Part shown: positions 34,798 to 46,681 of the stretch, piece after piece
Layout: each line of letters opens with the position of its first letter
How positions within the stretch are numbered: position 1 is the first letter of the stretch
From: Veleropilina oligotropha
Lineage: Eukaryota
Assembly: GCA_048128005.1 (NCBI GenBank)
Contig: JBEUKZ010000036.1
Coordinates: 434,001 to 498,000, forward strand
DNA: 64,000 nt
Reading direction: 5' to 3'
Made by a program: the position numbers and the translations under genes
The notes under the pieces: model-generated
What the model saw: the letters and a program-made list of their open reading frames with translations, nothing else
Databases searched by the model: none
What the model was told of the DNA's origin: nothing

Positions 34798-35062
34798 ATC
34801 AATACAAGATTTACAAAAAACGATTCCGACTAGACGTTAGAAAACACTTTTTCTCAAATCGGGTTGTCGATGAATGGAATGCTCTTCCTAATAATGTAGT
34901 GGAATCGACATCTGTAAACCAATTTAAAAATCGCCTAGATGAGCATTTTAAGAAGAAGGGCAGGTTATAGAGGACAAGACAACTCAATGGGTTTTTATAT
35001 GAGTGGCAGTAATGCGCTTTCTAAACCCAAACAAATTCTATTTAATTATATTTAATCTATTT
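34798..35062 (+). mobile_element. Heavily 5'-truncated copy of the CR1-like LINE
   Basis: Nearly identical to 40184-40443, including the (TATTTAATC)-type tail. Confidence 0.93.
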
Positions 35063-38000
35063 ATATGTGATAACACAGTCTGCGTCACCTTGCGTTCTTT
35101 TTAACGCATCGCATCGCATCCTAAACAACGGCCATAGTGTGTGTCCAACCTTAATTACTATTTAATATATGCATTAAACGCGTTATCCCTTTGTGTGAAA
35201 TAGAGTAGTCCTGCGTTGTTTTCATGTATGCGTTATGGCAATGCTATCTTGTTTCATTCATAATATATAGTGCATGCTAGACTTACAGGCCGTGAGACGT
35301 ATTGAGAGATTTACTGGTATTTGATGGGGTCACGGAAATGGTATATTAATAGTACTGGCTACAAGTAATAAGCGCTTAATTAGCGCTTACATAATCGTTA
35401 CAACGACATGTAATCCTTACAAAATGGCGGGTAAACATTTCGATTTCATGAATGAACTATTTATTTGTAATACGAAACTCTGACAATTATTCACATAGGA
35501 TAAGCTACGATACACCGTACTAGTTAGTTATATAGGACGAGATAAAATTATATCATTAGCAGAATGGTAATAAATTAATTTATATCATATGACAATATAT
35601 TTTTCTTTCTTAATAATTGCTTTATTTTTATTTACTAAAATCAATATATATGACCATATGGAAATGTTTCGCGCTGTCAACAGTTGCTGCAATGGGTTTC
35701 GTGTTTATTGTACTCGCTTCAGAGACCGATAGAGGCGACCATCTTGCAAGCGCAAAATAAGTATCTCAATTAAGGGCTAACAAGCGATTGTAATAGTCTG
35801 AACTTTAGAGGTTCGTTGTAAGTCAAGGCACTTTAATCGCTTGCAAGCGCCTGCCGTTAAACAACGCACCCCAAGTGTTGTTATATTTTATTCACAAGTA
35901 GACTGCCGTATCTGCTATTAATTAAGGGTTATGACATGTTACAACATGTCATCATTCATTGGACTCTATTGTTGTGCAAATGATTAGCCGTCATGATGCT
36001 TGGATCGCCCAAACAATATTATGAATTATTTTGAGGTTGGCAGTAAAAACAATTATCACATGACAAAGCTGTAGCTGCATGTAGCCGTTCCATAAATTTC
36101 GATATAAAAAGACACGTCTCATAAGTATGCAAATTAGAGCGAGCATGACGGTCGATCATCGCATCTGGCGCCAAGTTGATTAGGCGGCGCATCACCCTCA
36201 TTAACATAATGAATAATTCATATGCGTTGACTCGTCGATTACTGACGTTGAACTATTTTTTATTGGCGTACTGGCGTGGCGCGTGCTTTCGAGGCGTGAT
36301 GCGTCTGAGGCAATGGCAATTTATGGCTGAAAGTAATGACAGAAATTAGTTTTAAATGTAAAGAAATGTGTTTAAAAACGCAAAATAAGTTTAAACGTAA
36401 ATAAAGTCATGTGATAAAGAAGATATGAAACTTGTGTCCATTTCATATGAGAATTATGGAACTCGATCGTCAGCAAATTTATGTACCTCGCCAAGGCTCG
36501 GTACATAAATTGTGCCTGACTCGTTTCATAATTTTCATATGGAATGGACACTCGTTCGATATCCTCTATATATCGCACATTTTATTTTTTTCATTTATGT
36601 TATTGATAGTGAACGAAATTTAAATTTTGCTTTTTGTAACGCATAAATATAATTGCATATATGAATTTTTCTGACTGTTCTATTTCGTGTACATTGGATC
36701 CACAGTTTGTAATTATTCGTATATAGGGCGCGGACGAAAGCGAAAATCACGTAACATTAAGGAATAAGGTTTGACAGTTAAACATTGACATATAATGCGT
36801 TTTATCATGTATTATGACAACAAAATCATTTATTGATTTCCACTGCTTCCTTTGGCAATGTAAAATTTCGCCATTCTTCGTTCTACGAACGATGGCTTCT
36901 TGTTTGTGTTTTAACAGGCCAATTCAACAACGAACCACCAGTAACATTATGCAAGAAGAACTTACCAAACCAGGGGCGACACTGTTATAATGTGCCTTAA
37001 GAAAACGCAAACATTACGCTTTGCCTTTCTGTTGTTTGAACTGAATCAGCCCTTAACCTTTGGATAGCAGCTAATCAACCTAGTTAAAAAATTATCATTT
37101 TACATTACATATGCAACTACCATAAATCGTATGTTGTAACAGCGCTCTTACATCGAAGGGGAAACATATATATATATATACATATAAATACAAATAACAA
37201 TTCAACTTTAAATTATTTAATTTTATGTATATACTTTAATTGCAAATTTGATATGCTTGGACTACACAATTTCGAGTAGATCAAACGTAATTCATGGACT
37301 ATTGTAATATGGCAAATTCTTCAAATATCTCCGAGGTTGACAAAACTTAACTCGCAATAAATCGATAAACACATGTTGGATCTGCATGAAATTTTCAGGG
37401 TTGGTAGATTATAGTGATTCTATGTTATGTAAAAAAGGATTTATTCGAAATATCGCAACCAGTCTTCGGGGCAAAAATTATCCGTATAAATTTTCACTGC
37501 CATCAAACATAACGTGATAAAGTTGTTGATAATGTCCAACTCTGTCAGTTGTTAAAATTTGAGATGTCTGGCGTGAGTGGTTACCGAATTACGGCCCTTT
37601 GTTTCAAATTATTTTGATTGATTCTTAAAATGCTTCTAATTTCACATTTCACATTTTTTTCCAATTTATTTTGCTGATATCTTTATAATTTCATCGGAAC
37701 TACATTTTGCATTATGAAATTACATAATTTATTTCGATTTGACGAAAATAAAAATTATCCCCATAACTTCAAAACTTTACATTCGTCTGGCGGCCATCTT
37801 GGGCACTGTACCGCTACGAAAATAGCACCATGACATCGCCATAATATATAGATTTGGTTTCCAAGATTCCACTACAGTCGGCTGAACGGTTTTTGACGAG
37901 AAGATTTGAATAGGTTATTACCATAATCAAACAGGGCCGCCAAAATATTTAACAAATGAGATCCAGTTACACATCAAAAAATTACTTACGCAACATATTT

Positions 38001-38138
38001 CCATTCCTGAAAATTTGACTACTGTGTCTTGCCTAGTATTTTTAGTAATTGCAGTTTTTAAAACCGGGAAAAATAATAATAATAATCTTTACAATAACAA
38101 TAAGGCTTCCGTGCTTTAGCTACGGAAGCCTTAATAAT

Positions 38139-40355
38139 CTAGTGTTTTCCAGTGAGGTAAATATGGTGCAAAACATTAGCAGAATTGGGAAACTTGGATG
38201 TAGTGATCATGATTTAATTGAATTCCAGCTACACACAAAAACAATTGTGAAAACTAGCAAACAAGAAATACCAGATTTCCGAAAAGCAGATTTTGACAAA
38301 ATTAAAGCAGATCTCCGAAATATAAACTGGGAGGGAACTGAAAACTTAAATGCCACGGAATGTTGGGAAGGTTTTCGAAATAACATCGAACAAATAATGA
38401 AAAGAAATGTTCCATTAAAGTGTAGATGCAAAAAACATTCACCACCATGGTTAACCAGGAAAGTCAGAAAAATTATAAGACGGAAATATAAACGTTGGAA
38501 ACGATACAGAGAGTCACACGACACAGATGAGCACCAAAAATATAAAGAATGTGAGAAAGAAAGTAAAAAAGAAATCCGAGCAGCCAAAAAAGCTTTTGAA
38601 GAAAAGTTAGCAGAAAACATCAAGGAAAACCCCAAATCTTTTTATGCTTATATTAGGTCAAAACAAAAAACAAAAGATGTCGTAGGCCCCCTGAAAGATG
38701 AACATGGAAATATAATATCCGATGATGCACAAATCTCAGAATCCCTTAACAAATATTTTGCATCTGTTTATACTATTGAGGACACGATAAACATTCCACC
38801 GGTAAAACTTATTTATGAAGATCATGAAACATTTTGTGAAAGTATTGAAATTACTACGGAAATGGTTGAAAAAAAGATAAGCTTACTAAATGTCAGTAAA
38901 GCTCCAGGTCCAGACAGCATATATCCCAAATTGCTAAAATTCGGTAAAGATGAATTAGCAAAGCCATTAGCCCTGATATTCAATAAAACTCTACAAGAAG
39001 GCAGCTTGCCTGATGACTGGAAGACTGGAAATATTACCCCAATCTTTAAAAAAGGTAGTCGATCAAATACCCAAAATTATCGACCTGTTAGTCTGACATC
39101 AATAGTAGGCAAAATAATGGAATCCATCTTAAAGGATGCTATCTTAAAACACATAAATAAATTTGGCCTTCTAAACCTAAGTCAGCATGGGTTTATGGAA
39201 AAAAGATCTTGTTTAACAAACTTACTGGAATTTTTTGAAGATGTAACAAGTGCAATTGACAATGGCAAACCAGTTGATATCATATATCTTGATTTTCAGA
39301 AAGCATTCGATAAAGTACCACATAAACGACTATTACAAAAATTAAGTAACCATGGCATTAAAGGCCAAATACTAAATTGGATATGTAAGTGGCTAGAAAA
39401 TAGAAAACAGAGGGTTGTAATAAATGGGGTAAAGTCAGAATGGAAACGAGTACTAAGTGGAGTCCCACAAGGTTCTGTGTTGGGACCATTGTTGTTTCTC
39501 ATATATTTAAATGATATTGATGACGTCATTACATCGCTAGTAAAAAAGTTTGCAGACGATACCAAGCTGTACAGAATTATCGAAACAGAAGAAGATGCAA
39601 AGAAACTTCAAGGTGATTTAAATAATGTGATAAAATGGTCTGAGGATTGGCAAATGGTTTTCAACACCAGCAAATGTAAAGTAATGCATGTGGGTTATAA
39701 TAACAATACCTATAATTATGAAATGGGTTCAGAAGTTTTACAAGAAATGGCCAAAGAAAAAGATTTGGGTGTATGGGTAGACAAGACATGTAAACCATCA
39801 AATCAATGTGCAGAGTCAGCTAAAAAGGGAAATCAAATATTGGGAATGATAAAGAGAAATTTTAATTTTAAATCTAAAGCCATCATAACTCGCCTATACA
39901 AGCAAATGGTTAGACCGCATTTAGAATATGCAGTGCAAGCATGGTGTCCATATCTTGCTAAGGATATCAATATAATAGAACGAGTTCAAAGAAGAGCCAC
40001 AGAATTGATAGGAGAATTGAGAGAATTACCATACGAGGAGAGACTAAGAGCTCTGAACCTCACAACATTATCTTTGAGAAGGATAAGAGGTGATATGATT
40101 CAGGTTTTTAAAATGTTTACAGGAAAAGTCAACGTTGACAATAGTTTCTTTTTTCAGATGAACCAAAGGCATACCCGGGGGCATCAATACAAGATTTACA
40201 AAAAACGATTCCGACTAGACGTTAGAAAACACTTTTTCTCAAATCGGGTTGTCGATGAATGGAATGCTCTTCCTAATAATGTAGTGGAATCGACATCTGT
40301 AAACCAATTTAAAAATCGCCTAGATGAGCATTTTAAGAAGAAGGGCAGGTTATAG
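38139..40355 (+). CDS. LINE ORF2 (partial endonuclease plus reverse transcriptase), frame intact
   Basis: KAPGPD, NYRPVSLTS, QHGF, LDFQKAFD, GVPQGSVLGP, FADD, VRPHLEY, TRGH; the first ~30 aa of the track ORF are flank. Confidence 0.93.
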   Translation, partial: LVFSSEVNMVQNISRIGKLGCSDHDLIEFQLHTKTIVKTSKQEIPDFRKADFDKIKADLRNINWEGTENLNATECWEGFRNNIEQIMKRNVPLKCRCKKHSPPWLTRKVRKIIRRKYKRWKRYRESHDTDEHQKYKECEKESKKEIRAAKKAFEEKLAENIKENPKSFYAYIRSKQKTKDVVGPLKDEHGNIISDDAQISESLNKYFASVYTIEDTINIPPVKLIYEDHETFCESIEITTEMVEKKISLLNVSKAPGPDSIYPKLLKFGKDELAKPLALIFNKTLQEGSLPDDWKTGNITPIFKKGSRSNTQNYRPVSLTSIVGKIMESILKDAILKHINKFGLLNLSQHGFMEKRSCLTNLLEFFEDVTSAIDNGKPVDIIYLDFQKAFDKVPHKRLLQKLSNHGIKGQILNWICKWLENRKQRVVINGVKSEWKRVLSGVPQGSVLGPLLFLIYLNDIDDVITSLVKKFADDTKLYRIIETEEDAKKLQGDLNNVIKWSEDWQMVFNTSKCKVMHVGYNNNTYNYEMGSEVLQEMAKEKDLGVWVDKTCKPSNQCAESAKKGNQILGMIKRNFNFKSKAIITRLYKQMVRPHLEYAVQAWCPYLAKDINIIERVQRRATELIGELRELPYEERLRALNLTTLSLRRIRGDMIQVFKMFTGKVNVDNSFFFQMNQRHTRGHQYKIYKKRFRLDVRKHFFSNRVVDEWNALPNNVVESTSVNQFKNRLDEHFKKKGRL

Positions 40356-40443
40356 AGGACAAGACAACTCAATGGTTTTTTTATATGAGTGGCAGTAATG
40401 CGCTTTCTAAACCCAAACAAATTCTATTTAATCTATTTAATCT
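38139..40443 (+). mobile_element. 5'-truncated CR1-like LINE
   Basis: End of APE endonuclease (SDH), full RT, short 3' UTR, TATTTAATC repeat tail. Confidence 0.93.
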
Positions 40444-40905
40444 TTACAATAACAATAAGGCTTCCGTACTTTAGCTACGGAAGCCTTAATAATCTTTACA
40501 ATAACAATAGGCGTCCGTGTTTTAGCTACGGAAGCCTTAACTATAACTGCAAGCAGTTATATGGCTTCTGTTGTCACCAAATTTTTAAGTAACAGGTAAT
40601 GGCCACATTTGAATGCCCCTCAACTGGAAAATTTTAGACATCATTTTGGCGCATTTCTGCTTATTAGATAATTTTCGACTATCTAGGTCATCCAAGGTCA
40701 AAGGCCAAGATCAGCTTAGAAAGCCTAATTAATATGTCATAAATGTCCATAGGCTATTGGTTACCAATTGTCGTTAATTATGTCATTTTTGGTTATCAAG
40801 GTCATCCAAGGTCAAATGCCAAAGTCTCATAAAACATAATAGTGGGTACACCCATTTACAAATTGATGATTTCGCTCAAATCCACCAATTCTCGCTCCCC
40901 CCTTT

Positions 40906-43900
40906 TGTTACAATATGATGTCTAAATACTTAACGAGTTAACTTTAAGAATGGTACATTAGTATACGAGTTCACTTTAAGAATGGTAAATAGTATTGTTA
41001 TAACTGTGTAAAACGACTTGATGATTAATTGCACTAAGTGCCCATGCCATAGAATGATTGTCTGTGACCTGATGATCTAAAGTAATCTTGTTAATATTAT
41101 CAATAACAATTAGCAGAAGTTAACGAGAATTGACGTCACATAAGGCTGGCATGGGTGGACATGTTTGACATGTTCATATAACTGAGTTAGATTGATGATG
41201 ATTACTATGAGTCATTTTGCACGCGTTACTAGTTCCACGTTGGAGATGCCACGTTGGCCAAAACATGATGTAATCCCAAAGCGCGCTAGCTGATTGGTTA
41301 AGAAGAGGGTGTGGCCCTTTTGAGAAGATCTGGTTTAAAGCCTGTGCGAGCCGAAGTGCGGCAGTCCCGACCTAGCTCCAAGCTAGGAAGCACGCCCGGG
41401 CGGGGCTCATTTTGAGTAGTATAGTAAATGTATGTATACGATGTAATTTGTGGACTATATAAATGAATTGTCCTGAAACTACCAATGCCTTGAAATGTAA
41501 TAAGCAAGATAATAACTCAACGACTCCAGCTGATAGCGTCTGGTCACGGGGATGTTATCGGGTACCATCGCATTCCAGCAGGGATATCACAACGGTCCAA
41601 AATACTGTTGGAATGAACTGAGTCGGCGAGTAGAGATAATAGCAGATAGCAGAGGAACCTAGACGACACGTATAAAGAAAACCATTAACCTCCCATGTGT
41701 GCTCCGAACATACGGCAAACAATTGCTACAGAACTATTTATTTATCCCATTATCACTGTGACGCGGCGACGGGCGTTCCGCCAGTTCTTGAAGTCCGATC
41801 TGGTAACATCATCTACCCCGCATTGTCACAGTGGTTAATTTGGTGAGCGTGACCAGGTGAACCAAGCTGTTAATTTGGTTCGACGTGACCGGGCTGCCCT
41901 ACGAATATCAACAAACCGCAGAGGAAATATCGTGGTGGATGTTGCAGACCGGCATACCAAAAGACAGAGAGCAATTGAGATGGCGTATCGAAATGGAGCT
42001 GTTATCAACAATAACATAGGGTGAGTGTGTCATGTAATAAGTCTGAATTTTGTAAATTACACCTGATTATAAAAGTAAAGTGATAGAAATGGCCGAAAGT
42101 AAGGTTTCACATAGTAAATGTAATATGGAAGTGAGCGCCGGTGAGAAACTAGTCGAGTCATGTCAGTTAAATAATCCGAAGCAAAATTATGTTGAATATA
42201 TTTATGATGAGAATGGACTGACCGCGATAATTTGGACGTATATCAGCAAGACTGAACGTTTACAAATAGCGGAATGGGAGTCCACATACACAGAGATAAA
42301 ACAGGAGAGTAAAGGGAATTAAAATTACAGTCCATAGATAAGAAGATGGTTGTATTGTACATAAATATTGTGTTTGCATGCTTTGAATTATATCTTTTAT
42401 GTTGGAACCGGAATAGGGATAAGATAGTACCATACTTGAAGGGCTAAACTGTATTAATAGCAGAAATATGTATTGTTTCCATTGTGTGATGGATTTATTG
42501 TATGCCATGTAAAACACTATTGAGCAAGTCATAGTGTGGTATAAAAGATATGTGAATTAGTTTCTACAAATGCTGCGAGAAATGTAGAAGTGTGTCAATT
42601 TATTCATTGGCTGTTTTACTGTATGTCGCATGATAAATTCTTGAGATATGCATTACTATAGCTGCCAGCGACTAGATTGATTACGAAATTTTGGCTCCTT
42701 GCAGGGAGGGATCAGCGCAGTTGACCTTTGTGTAAACAAACTCAGAGTATAGTATTTTATAACTGGGAAAATACATTTTGCAGATTAATTGAGTTAGAAA
42801 CAGAAATAGTGGAGCAGAAGAGATTAAATATTACAGAAAAAGTAATAAATGTTAGAATTGTTTGATTTCATTTGACAAGTGTTGAGAAATAAAAGACGTG
42901 ACCAAGAGCATTGTTATGTGAGGACGCACATGTAATAAGACACGTACATGTTTGGTGTCGACGTTATGTCGGGGGGCTGTTTCAGCTTTTGAAAGGGGGA
43001 ATTAAATCCTTTGCACCATAATACAGTTCGAAACCGGTTAAGGGCGAACTGGTAAGGTTGATTGGACCTCGTGAATGCCAATCGGAGGGAGAGGTGAAAT
43101 AATGTAACTGAAATCAAATAATAAAACAGTCTTAGGGTGTACAGACATTAACGCAACTATAATAGAGACAGGGTGGAGTGATTCCCCTGAATAGTAAAAG
43201 TGCACTGAGGGTCGTGGTAACAGTGGGGTGACAGACGTAAAGGGTGATATCTACTGATGAGATAGAGAGTGAGTGTTAGGTCTGTCTAACATGAGTTGGT
43301 AAATTTTGATTAATTTATTAGCGCTTGAACTAAAGAGTCAGTCAGGGCTTCGCGGCGATTCGGTTTGCTGGACATGATCAGTTCAGTCGGCTGGATGCGC
43401 TTCCTGGTTGTGTAATCAATTTGATTATTGGCTTCACTTTATGCCTTTTATGGTCACATGTTGAATAGTCTAACGAAAGTATTCTTCAGTAAGAGTTAGA
43501 AACCGCGTGGATGATTGGTCGTAACACGCCACTGATAACTGACCCATGAATGAGGATCATGAAAGAGGTGATTGAGAAAATGTGGATAAGAAGTCCACCA
43601 AATATAAACAAGGAGCGCTAAAGATGGTCAAATAAATAAATGATGACCAATAGGCGGAGCGATGAATAAATTTGCAATAGGTAGTGTCTTGTATTTTCGA
43701 GATTTTCGTAAGATCTGTTAGCTGAGTTTATTGGTACTAATAAGTGACTAACACATGAACCGAATGCCAAAGAGAAAGCATTATTTCCGAATTGAAAGGC
43801 ATACAGCGATTGAGTTCTATTTGGCGTTCACGATCCTGTTAATGATTGTCATAAAGGGATGTATAATGTTTAAACTTATGGTTCATTGTGAGAAGAAATA

Positions 43901-45736
43901 CGTCGGCCATAAACTTAGTAGAAAAGAGAACAGGTGTAATGCAGACAAGACACACGAAACCAATTAATTAAATCAAAAATGTGCAATGTGTCATCATCGG
44001 GCGATAAAAGCCGATAACGCCTAACATACTCAATGGTGACTAGCAGTTCTAGTAAACAAGTTAAATGTTTTCTGGCCGAGAGGGCTGGACACTTGAATAT
44101 ATTGAGAAACTGTGGTTTTAGTAAAACCTTAAATGAGAAGCTGTGGTTTACGTAAAACCTTGAATAAGAAGTTAAGAGTAAGACGTGTAAGTTACTGAAG
44201 ATCAATGTAACTTGTCAAAATGATGTACACCCATGTTGATGATGATTGTATTAAGTAGCATGAAGTTTTCATGTCATAAAGTGGCATAGTATTGCCTAAT
44301 GGTAAATCGTGTTGGTGTTAATTGAGAGCACCACTTTAGTTCAAGTGTGAACATAAGTTAGAGGACAGATATTGCTGCTTTGATCTTTCTTCCAGGTAAT
44401 CCATTGTGCCACGATTAAATCAATGAGAATGCGTGCGACGACTAAGAACCTACGACATGTTTCATTGGTGCGACGATGAGGATTGGACATATTTACGAAC
44501 TGTGTGTCTGGATCGTCGACCAATCGCACGAGATTAGGACTGAATGGATGTGCCTTGCGAGGAATGAACAATGTGCGCGATTCACTTTATTTAGTGACCC
44601 ATGTGATAATACATGGGGTTAAAGAGACTCTGTGAATTAATTGATGATTTTAATTGTTTTGAAATACATTTGATTATTGAGTTATATTGTGCATGCTTTA
44701 TATTATTGTGCATGTTTTATTATTGTTGAACTATGTTTTGATTACCGATCATATTGAATGACTAAATGAGAATCTTAATTTGATTAATATTCTTCGAAGT
44801 ATGGGAGGTACTGTTACAATATGATGTCTAAATACTTAACGAGTTAACTTTAAGAATGGTACATTAGTATACGAGTTCACTTTAAGAATGGTAAATAGTA
44901 TTGTTATAACTGTGTAAAACGACTTGATGATTAATTGCACTAAGTGCCCATGCCATAGAATGATTGTCTGTGACCTGATGATCTAAAGTAATCTTGTTAA
45001 TATTATCAATAACAATTAGCAGAAGTTAACGAGAATTGACGTCACATAAGGCTGGCATGGGTGGACATGTTTGACATGTTTATATAACTGAGTTAGATTG
45101 ATGATGATTACTATGAGTCATTTTGCACGCGTTACTAGTTCCACGTTGGAGATGCCACGTTGGCCAAAACATGATGTAATCCCAAAGCGCGCTAGCTGAT
45201 TGGTTAAGAAGAGGGTGTGGCCCTTTTGAGAAGATCTGGTTTAAAGCCTGTGCGAGCCGAAGTGCGGCAGTCCCGACCTAGCTCCAAGCTAGGAAGCACG
45301 CCCGGGCGGGGCTCATTTTGAGTAGTATAGTAAATGTATGTATACGATGTAATTTGTGGACTATATAAATGAATTGTCCTGAAACTACCAATGCCTTGAA
45401 ATGTAATAAGCAAGATAATAACTCAACGACTCCAGCTGATAGCGTCTGGTCACGGGGATGTTATCGGGTACCATCGCATTCCAGCAGGGATATCACAACG
45501 GTCCAAAATACTGTTGGAATGAACTGAGTCGGCGAGTAGAGATAATAGCAGATAGCAGAGGAACCTAGACGACACGTATAAAGAAAACCATTAACCTCCC
45601 ATGTGTGCTCCGAACATACGGCAAACAATTGCTACAGAACTATTTATTTATCCCATTATCACTGTGACGCGGCGACGGGCGTTCCGCCAGTTCTTGAAGT
45701 CCGATCTGGTAACATCATCTACCCCGCATTGTCACA
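40906..45736 (+). mobile_element. Non-autonomous LTR retroelement with 925-bp LTRs and 4-bp TSD CTTT
   Basis: TG...CA LTRs at 40906-41830 and 44812-45736, near-identical; PBS-like TGGTGAGCGTGAC; purine tract GGGAGG before 3' LTR; no ORF >100 aa inside. Confidence 0.93.
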
Positions 45737-45744
45737 CTTTACCA

Positions 45745-46060
45745 CACACTAAGCGCCCCAACTAAACGCCCACTAAACGTCACACTAAACGCCACACTAA
45801 ATGCACACTAAAGGACACATTAAACGCCCATTAAACGCCCCATTAAACGCCACAATAAACTCCCACTAAACGTCCATTAAACGCCACATTAAACACACAT
45901 CTAACTTCCCATTAAACCCCACTAAATGCCCCATTAAACGCCACACTAAACTCCTCACTAAATGCCCCATTAAACAGCCCATTAAATGCCCCACTATACG
46001 ACCCACTAAACGGCACACTAAATGCCCCACTAACTCCCTCCCCCTGCTTAACTCCACCCC
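45745..46060. repeat. 10-12 bp C/A-rich satellite (CCACTAAACG)
   Basis: Direct. Confidence 0.9.
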
Positions 46061-46134
46061 TCACACATGCTTGCCCGCTTGCCCCCCCCCCATGCCCTCT
46101 ATCCATCCCAAGACTCTGTCAATCAGTTGACGCT

Positions 46135-46681
<547 letters not shown>

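Noticed and set aside
41298..41507. 69-aa ORF duplicated at 45204-45413
   Set aside because: Lies in the two LTRs, non-AUG start, no motif
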